Shown: positions 33,586-44,587, counted from the stretch's first letter. The stretch is DNA of 64,000 nt from Candidatus Altiarchaeota archaeon (GCA_043813075.1 JBDRLL010000041.1:15409-79408), one strand, 5' to 3'. Notes: generated by a model not told the origin, from the sequence alone. A program made the numbers and translations.

Positions 33586-33625
33586 TTTTACCTGTTAATA
33601 TGGTAATTCAGGGTTTAAAAGCCCC

Positions 33626-34666
33626 TTAGTCCATCCTGCAGGTGAGGCATAATTCTTTTTTACCCCACACACCTGGTTCTGAGTCGGTTACAGTCCAGTT
33701 AATGGTGAAACTACCCTGGAGGGATGATGAAGACTGCCATCGGCTAACTGGAATCCCTTCTTTGAAGCATATCCTGACTTTGTCGCTAAAGCCGTTATAG
33801 TTGAAGCACTCTCCGTCTAAAGTTAGTCTGTCATATCCTGCACGCTTTAAAACATCCCTCATCACGGGGATTGTGAATAGAGACGACATGTTTAGCCTGC
33901 GTTCGCCACAACTCACGTTAGTCAGGTTTGCGTTTCTTTCAATCACATCGCATAGACAAACGTCAACACCATCCTCCTTGTCGTAGTGCTGGTAGCAGTA
34001 GTAGTTTCCAGAATAGCCCCAGTACCTCTTGTCATAAATTAGCTCGATTACTTCACCATCCCTCACCCTCATGTCATAGTTTTGGAAACCTGATGATCGG
34101 TGACCTCCTTTCATGCGAAAAACAACTGTGTACTCATTCAGGGTTTTGTTATCTTCGATTAGTTCCGTGAGTTCGTAGGCTAATACTTCTGAATTGTTTG
34201 TGCACTCATCTATTTTCTTGAGGGCGTTCAACTCTGGGTCGGAGAACATGCCGCTGCTCGCCATAGAGTATATCAACCTGCACTTGTTGCCCAGGTCAAA
34301 ACGGTAGAAGACTCCTGTCTTGTAGGGTATTGAAGCCTGTCTGCTTCCAATGTGTATCCTGCCTTCCTTATCAAGTCCTTTAAAGGTGAGTGAATACTCG
34401 TTCCTATCGTATGCCTCACTGTACGTTTTCGTTATACTGGTTAGTCTTCCGCCAACCCATATCGGCTTGCTGCCATTGGACGCCCACTCATCGCATTCCG
34501 CGGCGCCTACAGAATCTATGTTAGCGTCAAAGCTCTTTGAGAGTTCAAGACACAAATCAGACTTCAAAGTTGTTGAAGTAGAGTCTTGTATGACATTAGT
34601 TGGCTGTGACACACACCCGCAAAAAAGCGAGAACATGAATGCAAAAAACAGTGTCTTGACTTTCAT
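33626..34666 (-). CDS. Cys-rich secreted lipoprotein-like protein, unknown function
   Basis: The likely start is Met20 of the tracked ORF (MKVKTLFFAFMFSLFCGCVSQ, lipobox-like). The longer version would overlap the proS 3' end. Confidence 0.55.
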   Translation of the reverse strand: MKVKTLFFAFMFSLFCGCVSQPTNVIQDSTSTTLKSDLCLELSKSFDANIDSVGAAECDEWASNGSKPIWVGGRLTSITKTYSEAYDRNEYSLTFKGLDKEGRIHIGSRQASIPYKTGVFYRFDLGNKCRLIYSMASSGMFSDPELNALKKIDECTNNSEVLAYELTELIEDNKTLNEYTVVFRMKGGHRSSGFQNYDMRVRDGEVIELIYDKRYWGYSGNYYCYQHYDKEDGVDVCLCDVIERNANLTNVSCGERRLNMSSLFTIPVMRDVLKRAGYDRLTLDGECFNYNGFSDKVRICFKEGIPVSRWQSSSSLQGSFTINWTVTDSEPGVWGKKELCLTCRMD

Positions 34667-34668
34667 AT

Positions 34669-36069
34669 TCAGTAAGTCTTCGCGACCTTTATCTTCTTTC
34701 CTTTTGCCCCGCATTTCGCGCATTCCATCTCGTCATCGCTCATCGAGAGGATTGTTGAGATTGATTCGATGGGCTTGGCACATTCCTTATCACCGCACCA
34801 TCCGGTCGTGATGATGCCCTTACCCATATTCTCCCGGACGTCATCCATGGTCTCGGCCTCGTATAGGCGTTCGTCGAACTTCTTCTGCGCTGCATACCTC
34901 ATGCTGTCCTGAACGTCATCCAATGCTTGATTCAAGTCGAGTTCAGTCAAACCGACACTCTTCTTCTCCCCGTTATCCCTCCTGACGACCACAACCTTGC
35001 CCTCCTTCATGTCCCTGGGCCCTGCCTCAATCCTCAATGGAACACCCTTCTTCTCCCATTTGAAGAACTTGTCTCCAGGACGCTCACCGCCCCTGTCAAC
35101 CACGTACCTGACGCCACTCTTCCTCAGTTTATCCTCTATCTTGCCGACGTAGGCCATCACCTCGTCCCTACCGGTTTCCTTGAACAGTATTGGAACTACG
35201 ACAACCTGTATGGGGGCGACCTTAGGAGGCAGAGCAAGACCCTTCTCGTCGCCGTGGACGGAGATGACTGCCGCGAGAAGCCTGCCGAAGCCTGGGCCGT
35301 ATGAAGTCTGCCATGCGTGATGCTTCTTACCGTCCTCGTCGTCGTAGCTGAGGTCGAACACCTTGCTGAAGTGCTGGCCAAGGTTGTGTATCGTCGCAAG
35401 CTGCATGGTCCTCCCGTCAGGCATGATTGTCTCGAAGGCTATGGTGTATTCCGCGCCAGGGAACTTGTCCCAGTCAGGACGCTGGTTGACTTGAACAGGG
35501 ATGCAGAGAAGCTCGTTTATTAGCCTACCGTATATACCCTTGATTGTCTCTATGTTCTCCAACGCCCCCTCCCGCGTAGCGAATGCCGTGTGGCCTTCAT
35601 TCCACGCAATCTCCCTGCTCCTGATTAACGGTCTGGTGTGCTTGGTCTCGTACCGGTAGACGCACACTGTCTGGTGTATCTTGATTGGCAGGTCGGCATG
35701 GGTCCTTGTCCATAAAGCGAACATCGGGTACATGCACGTCTCGCTTGTTGGGCGTAGAGCCATCTTCCGCTCCAGCTGGTTCGCGCCTGCGTGTGTTATC
35801 CAGTAGACTTCATCCTCGAAGCCGGCGATATGCTCGGTCTCCTTGGCGAGCAGGTCCTCTGGTATCGCGACAGGGAAGAGCATGGGGTCGTGGCCGTCCT
35901 CCTCCAGAAGGTCCTCCAGGAACCTCTGCATCACACGGATTATCTTCATGCCGTAGCCGCGGTAGACTGGCATGCCCTTCACGGGATACCGTGTGTCGAC
36001 GACCTCGTTCTCCTCCAGCATACGATGATACCATTCAGAGAACTCAGTCAAATCCTCATCATCACCCAT
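34669..36069 (-). CDS. proS: Prolyl-tRNA synthetase (archaeal/eukaryotic type)
   Basis: 466 aa with class II motifs (LRPTSET, YRYETKHTRPLIRSREI...), an anticodon-binding domain and a C-terminal Zn-binding ProRS-C1-like end (CAKPIE...CAKCG). Confidence 0.95.
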   Translation of the reverse strand: MGDDEDLTEFSEWYHRMLEENEVVDTRYPVKGMPVYRGYGMKIIRVMQRFLEDLLEEDGHDPMLFPVAIPEDLLAKETEHIAGFEDEVYWITHAGANQLERKMALRPTSETCMYPMFALWTRTHADLPIKIHQTVCVYRYETKHTRPLIRSREIAWNEGHTAFATREGALENIETIKGIYGRLINELLCIPVQVNQRPDWDKFPGAEYTIAFETIMPDGRTMQLATIHNLGQHFSKVFDLSYDDEDGKKHHAWQTSYGPGFGRLLAAVISVHGDEKGLALPPKVAPIQVVVVPILFKETGRDEVMAYVGKIEDKLRKSGVRYVVDRGGERPGDKFFKWEKKGVPLRIEAGPRDMKEGKVVVVRRDNGEKKSVGLTELDLNQALDDVQDSMRYAAQKKFDERLYEAETMDDVRENMGKGIITTGWCGDKECAKPIESISTILSMSDDEMECAKCGAKGKKIKVAKTY

Positions 36070-36107
36070 AGACTAGTATTATACCATAAAAGTTAAAATA
36101 AGGGTTT

Positions 36108-37625
36108 ATGCGCTGGAGGGATGAGTTGACGGCGGCAACCGCCGTAATTATCCTAACACTGATAATAGGCACACCGAGCCTGACGTATATCCTCGACATA
36201 GACCATGGAGAACACGCGTATGTCGCATCAGCATACCTGAGGGGGAAGACCATATACACAGACGTCTTCTTCGTAAGAACGCCATTGAATTACATCATAT
36301 ACGCCGTTTCAGAGGTACTCTTCGGCCATTCAATGATGTCGATAAGGCTGTTCGACATCATATGGCAGTGCGCCACCGCCCTAAGCATACTCGCACTCAC
36401 AAACCGTTTCTACGGGCGCAAGTATGCGGGCATTATCTCCGCATTCATATACGTACTGCTGTACTACTCGAATAAGTATGCGGATACTGCGCAGGCGGAC
36501 GGCTTCACCACACTCCCGGTGACCCTCGCCCTGCTGGCGTACGTTCACGCAAAGAAGTCTGACAGGCCATGGACATGGGTTTTATGCGGTATGCTCCTTG
36601 GGACGGCATTCACCATCAAGTACCCGATAGCGGTATTAGTCCTGATACTACTTGCGTTCATGACAAGGAGGGAGGGGCCTGGGGATTGGCCCAAACGCGT
36701 ATCATGGATGATTGCAGGGTTCTGCGTGCCGCCGCTTCTAATGACCGCATCCCTTGCGGCAGAAGGTTCGCTCTACGACTTCCTGTTCATACAATACTAT
36801 CACATCAAAGGCTACAGTTCAGAGACTGTGACCCTTAGGATAGCATTAATACTCTATTTCGCACTAACCTGGATGCCGTTCAACCTGGTGCCGCTATACG
36901 AGGCATACTCGCTGAGGAGCAGGAAATCCTCCACAAGCCAGTACTTGATATTGTTCTGGTGGATTGCGGGACTCGCCCACATGATAGTCCAGAATAAATT
37001 CCTCCTGTATCACAGGCTGCCCATGATAGCGCCACTGTCGATCATCACAGCCCGCATACTGATCGAGATGTACGGATACTACACGATTCACGCACCCAAA
37101 GTCAGGATAGTCTTCTTAAGCATACTGCTGATCGCAGGCTACAACATTTACGTGAAGCTAGGCCACAACGACTCGCTGACAGACTTCACTGACCTGATGC
37201 TCCAGAGGAGAGACCTCAACAGCATATACATGGAATCCGAGTTCGGGAAAAAAGGCATAATGAACGTGTCAGACTACATCAGGGAAAACTCGATGCCTGA
37301 CGACACGATAATCGTGTGGGGCTTTAACGCGGGCATATACTTCCTCTCCGAAAGGGAGTGCGCGTCAAGATTCCCGTTCAACTACCCGCTCTACGGGAGA
37401 TATGACTACACAGATGGATTCCGGGAACAGTATATCAGGGAATTAGAAGAAAACCGACCATCACACATAGTGATCATGAGAAACGACTCCATGCCACTGC
37501 TTGTGATGACAGACGAGGACTCCTTCCATGCGTTCCTCGAATTCAAGGAATTCCACGACTTCACGACAGAGAACTATGACAGGAAGAGGGAGATAAATGA
37601 CTTCATCATATACGAGAGGAAGTGA
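36108..37625 (+). CDS. GT-C fold membrane glycosyltransferase (GT39/ArnT-like)
   Basis: 505 aa with about 10 TM helices followed by a ~150-aa soluble C-terminal domain. The first loop holds acidic residues (DIDHGEH). The family assignment is by architecture only. Confidence 0.5.
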   Translation: MRWRDELTAATAVIILTLIIGTPSLTYILDIDHGEHAYVASAYLRGKTIYTDVFFVRTPLNYIIYAVSEVLFGHSMMSIRLFDIIWQCATALSILALTNRFYGRKYAGIISAFIYVLLYYSNKYADTAQADGFTTLPVTLALLAYVHAKKSDRPWTWVLCGMLLGTAFTIKYPIAVLVLILLAFMTRREGPGDWPKRVSWMIAGFCVPPLLMTASLAAEGSLYDFLFIQYYHIKGYSSETVTLRIALILYFALTWMPFNLVPLYEAYSLRSRKSSTSQYLILFWWIAGLAHMIVQNKFLLYHRLPMIAPLSIITARILIEMYGYYTIHAPKVRIVFLSILLIAGYNIYVKLGHNDSLTDFTDLMLQRRDLNSIYMESEFGKKGIMNVSDYIRENSMPDDTIIVWGFNAGIYFLSERECASRFPFNYPLYGRYDYTDGFREQYIRELEENRPSHIVIMRNDSMPLLVMTDEDSFHAFLEFKEFHDFTTENYDRKREINDFIIYERK

Positions 37626-37636
37626 GCGAGAGTGCT

Positions 37637-37668
37637 GCGGCGGCCGCACCTCCTTAAGCGGCCGCCGC
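37637..37668. terminator. Perfect 11-bp all-G/C hairpin (GCGGCGGCCGC-N10-GCGGCCGCCGC) between convergent genes
   Basis: Read directly from the sequence: the stem arms are at 37637-37647 and 37658-37668, with the loop ACCTCCTTAA. It starts 12 nt after the stop of the + strand gene. Confidence 0.45.
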
Positions 37669-37692
37669 GTTCTCTGGGGCCTCGTCAACGCC

Positions 37693-37842
37693 TCACCCTT
37701 TATGAGCCTGTGAATCGGATAGGTTCTTTAGCTGCCTGACTGCGTCGCTCAGGCTGGGTCGCTCTATCCCTTCCCTGATGCACTGGTTCTTCGCCCAGAG
37801 GAGTATCTTATGGGCGTTCTCGTCGATAGAGATGTTTTTCAC
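37693..37842 (-). CDS. Possible 49-aa ribbon-helix-helix-like small protein
   Basis: Own translation from GTG 37842 (or TTG 37848): MKNISIDENAHKILLWAKNQCIREGIERPSLSDAVRQLKNLSDSQAHKG. The beta-strand plus two helices pattern fits an RHH fold. It is below the ORF-track cutoff. Confidence 0.3.
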   Translation of the reverse strand: MKNISIDENAHKILLWAKNQCIREGIERPSLSDAVRQLKNLSDSQAHKG

Positions 37843-37964
37843 TCGCAAATAACCTCGTAAAATGACTTGTAGAATTATTTGTATTTAGACTTTAAAAATA
37901 CATTGTAAAATACACGGATAACTGGCGGGCAGTATTTTGTGTTGCGCGTGCTGGAGGATAGCCT

Positions 37965-38183
37965 CTAGAACTTGATTATTCCAGATACACGGATTATCTT
38001 GAGGATTATGAACAGCGAGATTGCTGCGAAAAACACCTTTACCACCCCTGAAAGCAGATTGTCGATGAAGAGGATGCGCGGGTCGAAGGACAGTTTGTCA
38101 TGGGAGTAGATGATTATGATAAAGGATACTATGAAGACATAAAACACTAGTATTATTATTTTGTCTCCTAAATCATTAACCAT
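37965..38183 (-). CDS. Possible 72-aa two-TM membrane protein
   Basis: This is the internal Met86 of tracked ORF 37965..38438. The longer form overlaps the comB coding region on the other strand and looks like antisense read-through. Confidence 0.3.
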   Translation of the reverse strand: MVNDLGDKIIILVFYVFIVSFIIIIYSHDKLSFDPRILFIDNLLSGVVKVFFAAISLFIILKIIRVSGIIKF

Positions 38184-38192
38184 AGATGAGAT

Positions 38193-38900
38193 ATGGAGAT
38201 TAAGGTAAAAAGCCTTCTTGACGGGGCTAAAGAGGCCGCAGGCCTTACGGTGATGATAGACGTCTTCAGGGCATTCACCACGGCAGCGTACGTCATGAAC
38301 AACAATGCGGACAGGATCATGCCGGTCGGCGGTGTTGAGAACTCTTTCAGGATAAAGAAGGAGAATCCGGACTACATCCTCATGGGAGAGAGAAAAGGGG
38401 TTAAGATAGATGGATTCGACTACGGCAACTCGCCTCACGCCATAAGAGATGTGGACTTCACAGGCAAGACTGTGATACTGACGACCAGCGCAGGCACACA
38501 GGGGATAGTGAATGCCGAAAACGCGGACGAGATAATACTCGGGAATTTCGTTTGCATGAAGGCGATAATAGGATACATAAGGAAGTCCGACTCCAGGGTG
38601 GTGACGCTCGTCCCACTAGGACACTTCGGTATGGTGAAGAACGACGAGGACGAGATGTGCGCCAGTTACATGAAGAAATCGCTTGAAGGTAGGGAACCTG
38701 ACTTCAATGAGGTCAAGGAATGCATCAGAGCATCCAAAAGCGGTTCAAGATTCTTTGACGACACAAAACCGGAATTCCCACAGGAAGACTTCGAATTATC
38801 CATGGACTTGAACAGATTCGACTTCGTGCTGAAGGTGATGAAGACTGACGAAGGTGAGAGGATAATAAAGAAGGTGGAGGTAAGCGAGCTTACTTCCTGA
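38193..38900 (+). CDS. comB: 2-phosphosulfolactate phosphatase family protein
   Basis: 235 aa with N-terminal [17 protein letters not shown], typical of the ComB family. Confidence 0.7.
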   Translation: MEIKVKSLLDGAKEAAGLTVMIDVFRAFTTAAYVMNNNADRIMPVGGVENSFRIKKENPDYILMGERKGVKIDGFDYGNSPHAIRDVDFTGKTVILTTSAGTQGIVNAENADEIILGNFVCMKAIIGYIRKSDSRVVTLVPLGHFGMVKNDEDEMCASYMKKSLEGREPDFNEVKECIRASKSGSRFFDDTKPEFPQEDFELSMDLNRFDFVLKVMKTDEGERIIKKVEVSELTS

Positions 38901-39870
38901 ACATCTTCCTAAGCTCCTTGCCGACGGTCTCCACCAGCAGAAGCTTGTCTCTCCCACGCATCTCCCTGAGCTTCTCCTGACCGGACTCGCACTCTGAAAC
39001 CCATTCCTCAGCGAACTTGTCGGACCGAATCTCCTCCAGAATCTTTTTCATCTCCTCACGGGTAGCCTTGGTGATTATCCTCGGCCCGCGCGTCCTCCCG
39101 CCATACTCGGCAGTGTTTGAAACGCACTTCCACATGTATTCAAGACCATCCTGGTATATCAAGTCGGTTATAAGCTTTAGCTCGTGGAGCGTCTCGAAAT
39201 ACGCTATCTCCGGCTGATACCCTGCCTCGACGATGGTGTCGAATGAAGCCTTAATCAACTCCGAGACACCGCCGCACAAGTCCACCTGCTCTCCGAACAA
39301 GTCCGTCTCAGTCTCCTCAGTGAAGGTGGTCTCCAAGACGCCGGCCCTGGTCGCGCCAAGAGCCTTTGCGATGGCTAGTATCGTGTCCTTCGCATTCCCA
39401 GTGTAATCCTGTTCAACGGCAATCAACGCTGGAGTCCCGAAACCGTCCTGATACGTCTCCCTGACACGTATTCCAGGAGCCTTAGGGGCAACCATGATGA
39501 CGTCAATGTTAGCTGGAGGCTTTATCCTCTTGAAGCGTATATTGAAGCCGTGACTGAACATCAATGCGTCACCCTCCTTCAGCCCAGGCGCTATCTCAGA
39601 GTCATATACCTTGGCCTGGACTTCATCAGGAAGCAGGATGTGGACTATGTCCGCCTTCTCCGCAGCCTCCCTTATGGGATAGACCTTGAAGCCCGCCTTC
39701 TCCGCCTTCTCCGCGGAAGCGTCTTTTATGGAACCTATTATGACATTCAGCCCGGAATCCCTCATGTTCAAAGCCTGGGCAGACCCCTGGTTCCCATATC
39801 CTATGATTGCAATAGTCTTGTCCTTGAGCACGCTTAAGTCAGCGTCTTCTTCGTAATATACCTTCGCCAC
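38890..39870 (-). CDS. ilvC: Ketol-acid reductoisomerase
   Basis: [21 protein letters not shown] Rossmann motif and a class I KARI C-terminal knot domain. The start is GTG, preceded by the SD-like GGTGATC. Confidence 0.95.
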   Translation of the reverse strand: MAKVYYEEDADLSVLKDKTIAIIGYGNQGSAQALNMRDSGLNVIIGSIKDASAEKAEKAGFKVYPIREAAEKADIVHILLPDEVQAKVYDSEIAPGLKEGDALMFSHGFNIRFKRIKPPANIDVIMVAPKAPGIRVRETYQDGFGTPALIAVEQDYTGNAKDTILAIAKALGATRAGVLETTFTEETETDLFGEQVDLCGGVSELIKASFDTIVEAGYQPEIAYFETLHELKLITDLIYQDGLEYMWKCVSNTAEYGGRTRGPRIITKATREEMKKILEEIRSDKFAEEWVSECESGQEKLREMRGRDKLLLVETVGKELRKMFRK

Positions 39871-39928
39871 CTCAGATCACCCTTGAAAATGGTTTTAAGT
39901 TATGGGAAGAGCGCATAAAAACGTTAGG

Positions 39929-40228
39929 TCACCTGCGTCTCCTGTTGAATTTGAACCTTCTGCGGTCTTTTATGGCCAGACTACCGCCGCCGGCAGTCCT
40001 GAACTTGCGGGAATGGTCGAGTATCCCCAGAAGATGCTTCGCGTCCGAGAGCTTCTCACTGTCCCCGGAATCCGCGTAGTCCGACAGGAGGCCGTTTATC
40101 TTCTGTAGATGATAGTCGCCCTTGTAGCGTTTCGCGAACTTGACGCACAACTGGACTCCCTTCTCATCGCTCTCGCCGAAAGCCTCCATTATCTCCTCAA
40201 TCACGCTGTGGCTTGCGTTCATCATCAA
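39929..40228 (-). CDS. Hypothetical 99-aa helical protein with an Arg-rich C-terminal tail
   Basis: The start overlaps the CBS gene stop (ATGA at 40225-40228). The tail is KDRRRFKFNRRRR. I recognise no family. Confidence 0.5.
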   Translation of the reverse strand: MMMNASHSVIEEIMEAFGESDEKGVQLCVKFAKRYKGDYHLQKINGLLSDYADSGDSEKLSDAKHLLGILDHSRKFRTAGGGSLAIKDRRRFKFNRRRR

Positions 40229-40644
40229 TGCTTGCGGGTCATGCGAGACCCCACTTCAAACCTGAAGAGCCGGTCCACGACCGTCTTCTTTATCACACCC
40301 ACAATCTTGCCTTTGGAGTCGACCATGACAACCCTGTTGGTGGTAGTGTTCTTCAGAGCCTCCAATACTTCCCCGACGTCCGCATTCTTGTCGACCTTGA
40401 CTAGCGGCTCCAGCTTCAAGTCACTGACCTTCAGCTGGGTCACGTTAACCCCGCTCCCTATGGCCCTAAATATCATGGAGTCGGTAACCATGCCTATGTA
40501 CTCTCCATTAGCGTCCTTCACAAGAGCAGAACCGACGTTCTCATCCTCGAATATCTTGGCGAGAGACGTCATCGGGTCTGACAGCCTGCAATAAATCAGT
40601 TTTTTCCTCGCGTATTCAAACGGCATCCTCATCTGCGTCATCAT
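40225..40644 (-). CDS. CBS domain pair protein
   Basis: 139 aa with two CBS-like units (VGSALVKDANGEYIGMVTDSMIFR; NRVVMVDSKGKIVGVIKKTVV). The start overlaps the atpD stop (TAATG). Confidence 0.8.
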   Translation of the reverse strand: MMTQMRMPFEYARKKLIYCRLSDPMTSLAKIFEDENVGSALVKDANGEYIGMVTDSMIFRAIGSGVNVTQLKVSDLKLEPLVKVDKNADVGEVLEALKNTTTNRVVMVDSKGKIVGVIKKTVVDRLFRFEVGSRMTRKH

Positions 40645-41294
40645 TAACCCCCCATCTTTTTACGTTTAATCATCTTAAGCCTGAAGAACCCCTCACGCTC
40701 CCTCTCGTCAAGACGCATGTCGATATACTTCATTGTCGCCTTGATCCGCGGTATTACCCTGTATTCAAGAGCGTTGACCCTGCGCTTCGTCTTCTTAGTC
40801 TCCGCAGACAAAGCCCTCAAGGTGCTCTCAACCCCAGCCAGCTCCACGAGATCCTCCAACAGCCGCTCATAGGCCAGTGAAGTGGAGTCTGCGACAGGAT
40901 GGCTGAGCATCATGCCATACCCCCTTGACTCAGCATCCCTGACTGAATCGGTTAGAGAAAGGCTGTCTATGCGGATGCCCATGATATTCTTTGAATCGCA
41001 TTTCACAGCCAGGTCCCTGCCAATGGAAAGGGAGTATGACGCCATCTCACTCGGGCCGACAATGGATTCCGCGGCATTATACATGCGGTGGGCGTTGTGC
41101 AGGTTGTCTGAAGTCCGCGACACGACATTGTCAGCGTCACGGGCGGTATTCATGAACTCCACCATCAATGCATCACGCTTCTCCTTCAGAAGGCGGTAAC
41201 CCTTGTCAGCGAGCCTAAGCTTGTGCTTAAGCCTCAGCAACTCCATCCTCGTCGGATGAACCCCCTCTATTATCTCCTCATTCATTCCTATCAC
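40644..41294 (-). CDS. atpD: A-type ATP synthase subunit D
   Basis: [31 protein letters not shown] is the characteristic subunit D N-terminus. Confidence 0.9.
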   Translation of the reverse strand: MIGMNEEIIEGVHPTRMELLRLKHKLRLADKGYRLLKEKRDALMVEFMNTARDADNVVSRTSDNLHNAHRMYNAAESIVGPSEMASYSLSIGRDLAVKCDSKNIMGIRIDSLSLTDSVRDAESRGYGMMLSHPVADSTSLAYERLLEDLVELAGVESTLRALSAETKKTKRRVNALEYRVIPRIKATMKYIDMRLDEREREGFFRLKMIKRKKMGG

Positions 41295-42673
41295 TTACGG
41301 TGGGCTGGATGGAATTCCTCCAGAATCTTCGGGTCAACACGCTTAAGATCCCTCTCAGGCAACACTGTGAGAAGATCCCATCCAAGCTCAAGAGTATCCT
41401 CGATAGAACGGTCCTCATCACGGTCCTGCGACAGGAACTCACCCTCAAAACGGTCAGTGAACTCGAGGAACTTATGATCGCGCGTAGTCAAAGCCTCCTC
41501 GCCCACTACAGCCACAAGATCCTTCAGGTCACGGCCCTCAGCGTAAACCGCATACAACTGGTTGGAGACTGCGAAATGATCCTTTCTCGTCCGGCCCTCA
41601 CCAATCCCATTGTTCATCAACCTGGATAGTGAGGGTAAAACGTCCACTGGCGGGTATATCCCCTTCCGGTGTAGGGGACGGGAGAGCACGAACTGCCCTT
41701 CAGTGATGTACCCCGTCAAGTCGGGTATGGGATGCGTGATGTCGTCGTCAGGCATCGTCAGTATCGGAAGCTGGGTTATGGACCCCTTCTTGCCGCGTAT
41801 CTTTCCCGCGCGCTCATACATTGAAGCCAGGTCAGTGTACATGTACCCGGGATACCCGCGCCTGCCTGGAACCTCCTCCCTAGCAGCACCAACCTGCCTT
41901 AAAGCCTCGCAGTAGTTGGTCATGTCAGTCAGTATCACAAGAACCTGGTATTCCTGGTCGAACGCAAGGTATTCAGCACACGTTAACGCAAGCCTCGGCG
42001 TGATTAGCCTCTCGATGGCAGGATCGTTCGCCAGGTTAAGGAAGCTGACTATCCTGCCTGAAGACCCGCTGGACTCGAAGCTGCGCCTGAAGAACACAGC
42101 CTCATCATGGGTTATACCCATGGCCGCGAAAACAACCGCGAAATCCTCCTCCTTACCCAACACCTTAGCCTGCCTGGCAATCTGCGCGGCCAGGTCATTG
42201 TGGGGAAGACCGGATGCCGAGAATATAGGCAGCTTCTGACCCCTGACGAGAGTGTTCATGCCATCGATACTTGACACCCCAGTCTGTATGAAGTCCCGGG
42301 GATACTCCCTGGCTGAAGGGTTGAGCGGCATCCCATTCACATCCCTCCTGTCTTCAGGAGTCAAATCCCCCATCTTGTCTATCGGCCTGCCGGCGCCATC
42401 GAAGACGCGGCCCATCATGTCCGCGGACACTGGTAGCATGAGGGTTTCGCCCAGGAACTTTACTGTAGTCTCCTTGGTGTCCAACCCGGAGGTGGATTCG
42501 AAAACCTGCACAACCGCCTTGTTCTCGTAGGCGTCAAGCACCTGGCCCATCTTCCTGTTGCCCGCAGGGTCGGTTATCTCAACCACTTCACCGTATCGTA
42601 TTCCCTTAGTCTTCTCAATCACCATCAGCGGACCCTTCACCTGGCTCACAGTCTTGTATTCTATGACAGTCAT
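41291..42673 (-). CDS. atpB: A-type ATP synthase subunit B
   Basis: 460 aa with a regulatory-subunit fold lacking a canonical P-loop: [31 protein letters not shown]. Confidence 0.95.
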   Translation of the reverse strand: MTVIEYKTVSQVKGPLMVIEKTKGIRYGEVVEITDPAGNRKMGQVLDAYENKAVVQVFESTSGLDTKETTVKFLGETLMLPVSADMMGRVFDGAGRPIDKMGDLTPEDRRDVNGMPLNPSAREYPRDFIQTGVSSIDGMNTLVRGQKLPIFSASGLPHNDLAAQIARQAKVLGKEEDFAVVFAAMGITHDEAVFFRRSFESSGSSGRIVSFLNLANDPAIERLITPRLALTCAEYLAFDQEYQVLVILTDMTNYCEALRQVGAAREEVPGRRGYPGYMYTDLASMYERAGKIRGKKGSITQLPILTMPDDDITHPIPDLTGYITEGQFVLSRPLHRKGIYPPVDVLPSLSRLMNNGIGEGRTRKDHFAVSNQLYAVYAEGRDLKDLVAVVGEEALTTRDHKFLEFTDRFEGEFLSQDRDEDRSIEDTLELGWDLLTVLPERDLKRVDPKILEEFHPAHRK

Positions 42674-44586
42674 TCCTCAGACACCTCCTCTGCGCCAGCA
42701 TCCCCCGGTTTTTTCCCGCGTTTAACCGGCTTCTTCACCGGTTTTTTGGTCTTCTTAGGCTTCTCACTCCCCTCAGGAACCTCCTCTTCACTGCTGTCAT
42801 CAACTTCTGCAGGAGCGTTCTTCTTTTCCTCAGCCTTGTTCTTGGACTTGACTATCTCCTCGCTTGTGAACGAAGATTTTATCTTTGATAGTATGGATTC
42901 CGCGACCCCGTCGAACTCATCGATATTAACGTACTTCATGCGTGATATCTCCTCCACGACAGGCATGCTTATTATGTCCTCAACCAACATGCCCTCGTCG
43001 ACCGCATCCGACGCCGCATGATAGAATTCCATTAATGTCTTCAACATGGCATACTGCTTCTTCAGAGGGCAGAACGTGTCCACCTCATGGTAGGCGTCCT
43101 GCTGGAGGAAGTCCTCCCTTATCATCCTAGAAGCCTCGAGCACCATCCTCTCGTAGTCGGGTAGGGCGTCCGCACCCACCAACTGCACTATCTCCATGAG
43201 CTCCGACTCCCTCTGAAGCAGGTTGAACGACTCCCTCAGGAGCGAGACAACGTCCTCGCTAACATTCTTCCTGAACCAGTCCTCAAAAGACTTGGCGTAA
43301 AGCGAATACGACGTGAACCAGTTTATCGCAGGGAAATGCCTGCGGTCAGCGAGCTTAGCGTCCAAAGCCCAGAAAACCCTGACTATGCGGAGAGTGTTCT
43401 GGGTGACAGGCTCCGAGAAGTCCCCGCCCGGCGGCGAGACAGCGCCGATAATGCTTGCAGAACCAGTCAATCCGCTACCCGCGCACTCGACTTTCCCAGC
43501 CCGCTCATAGAAGCTCGCGAGCCTCGCCCCAAGGTATGCTGGAAACCCTTCCTCGCCAGGCATCTCCTCAAGCCTCGATGATATCTCACGCATGGCCTCA
43601 GCCCACCGGGAAGTCGAGTCAGCCATCATCGCGGTGTTATAACCCATGTCACGATAGTACTCCGCTATGGTTATGCCGGTGTACACTGACGCTTCACGCG
43701 CAGCCACAGGCATGTTAGAGGTGTTTGCTATCAGCACCGTACGCTCGAACAACGGCCTGCCGGACTTGGGGTCTATGAGCTTCGGGAAGTCATCCAACAC
43801 TTCAGTCATCTCGTTGCCACGCTCGCCGCAGCCCACGTAAACGATTATGTCCGCGTCAGACCATCTGGCGAGCTGGTGCTGGACCACCGTCTTCCCTGCC
43901 CCGAAAGGACCTGGTATCGCGGCAGTACCCCCCTTAGCCATCGGGAAGAAGGAGTCGAGAATCCTCTCCCCAGTCACCAACGGCTCGTCAGGCTCCAGCC
44001 TCTCGGCCACAGGCCTCGGAGTCTTCACAGGCCACTTGTGCATCATCGACAGTTCAGTGCCGTCCTCGAGGACGCACACCGTATCATCCACAGTATGCTC
44101 GCCTCCGCGGACTTCCCGAACCTTCCCGGACACGTACGGGGGCACGAGTATCCTGTGCTCCACAGCCTCCGTCTCCTGGACTGCGCCAAGCACGGAGCCG
44201 CCTGAAACCATGTCGCCCGCCTTCACTGTAGGCTTGAAATCCCACTTCTTCTTACGGTCCAAAGACTGCACCGTCAGCCCTCTCGCGATGAAGTCGCCGG
44301 ACATCTCCTTGATCAATGACAGGGGACGCTGTATGCCGTCATAGATGGACTGTATGAGGCCTGGACCCAGCTCCAGTGATAGTGGGCTTCCAGTGCCCTC
44401 CACCGGCTCGCCAGGCTTCAATCCAGTAGTCTCCTCGTATACTTGTATCGAGGCGGTGTCGCCTATTATCTTGATTATCTCGCCGATAAGCTTCTCATCC
44501 CCAACGTACACCAGGTCATACATCTTGTCCCCCCTCATGCCGTCAGCCTCTATCAGCGGCCCTGCTATACGCGTTATCCTACCCAT
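42670..44586 (-). CDS. atpA: A-type ATP synthase catalytic subunit A (with an unusual 59-aa Lys/Glu-rich C-terminal tail)
   Basis: P-loop GPFGAGKTV, Walker B region, and the non-homologous region typical of A subunits. It is 638 aa, versus the ~580-590 usual. Confidence 0.95.
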   Translation of the reverse strand: MGRITRIAGPLIEADGMRGDKMYDLVYVGDEKLIGEIIKIIGDTASIQVYEETTGLKPGEPVEGTGSPLSLELGPGLIQSIYDGIQRPLSLIKEMSGDFIARGLTVQSLDRKKKWDFKPTVKAGDMVSGGSVLGAVQETEAVEHRILVPPYVSGKVREVRGGEHTVDDTVCVLEDGTELSMMHKWPVKTPRPVAERLEPDEPLVTGERILDSFFPMAKGGTAAIPGPFGAGKTVVQHQLARWSDADIIVYVGCGERGNEMTEVLDDFPKLIDPKSGRPLFERTVLIANTSNMPVAAREASVYTGITIAEYYRDMGYNTAMMADSTSRWAEAMREISSRLEEMPGEEGFPAYLGARLASFYERAGKVECAGSGLTGSASIIGAVSPPGGDFSEPVTQNTLRIVRVFWALDAKLADRRHFPAINWFTSYSLYAKSFEDWFRKNVSEDVVSLLRESFNLLQRESELMEIVQLVGADALPDYERMVLEASRMIREDFLQQDAYHEVDTFCPLKKQYAMLKTLMEFYHAASDAVDEGMLVEDIISMPVVEEISRMKYVNIDEFDGVAESILSKIKSSFTSEEIVKSKNKAEEKKNAPAEVDDSSEEEVPEGSEKPKKTKKPVKKPVKRGKKPGDAGAEEVSEE

Positions 44587-44587
44587 C

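Noticed and set aside
38184-38438. Upper part of minus ORF 37965..38438, overlapping the comB start region
   Set aside because: It is antisense to a good ComB N-terminus. Only the distal 72 codons (two TM helices) are plausibly real, and even those are low confidence.
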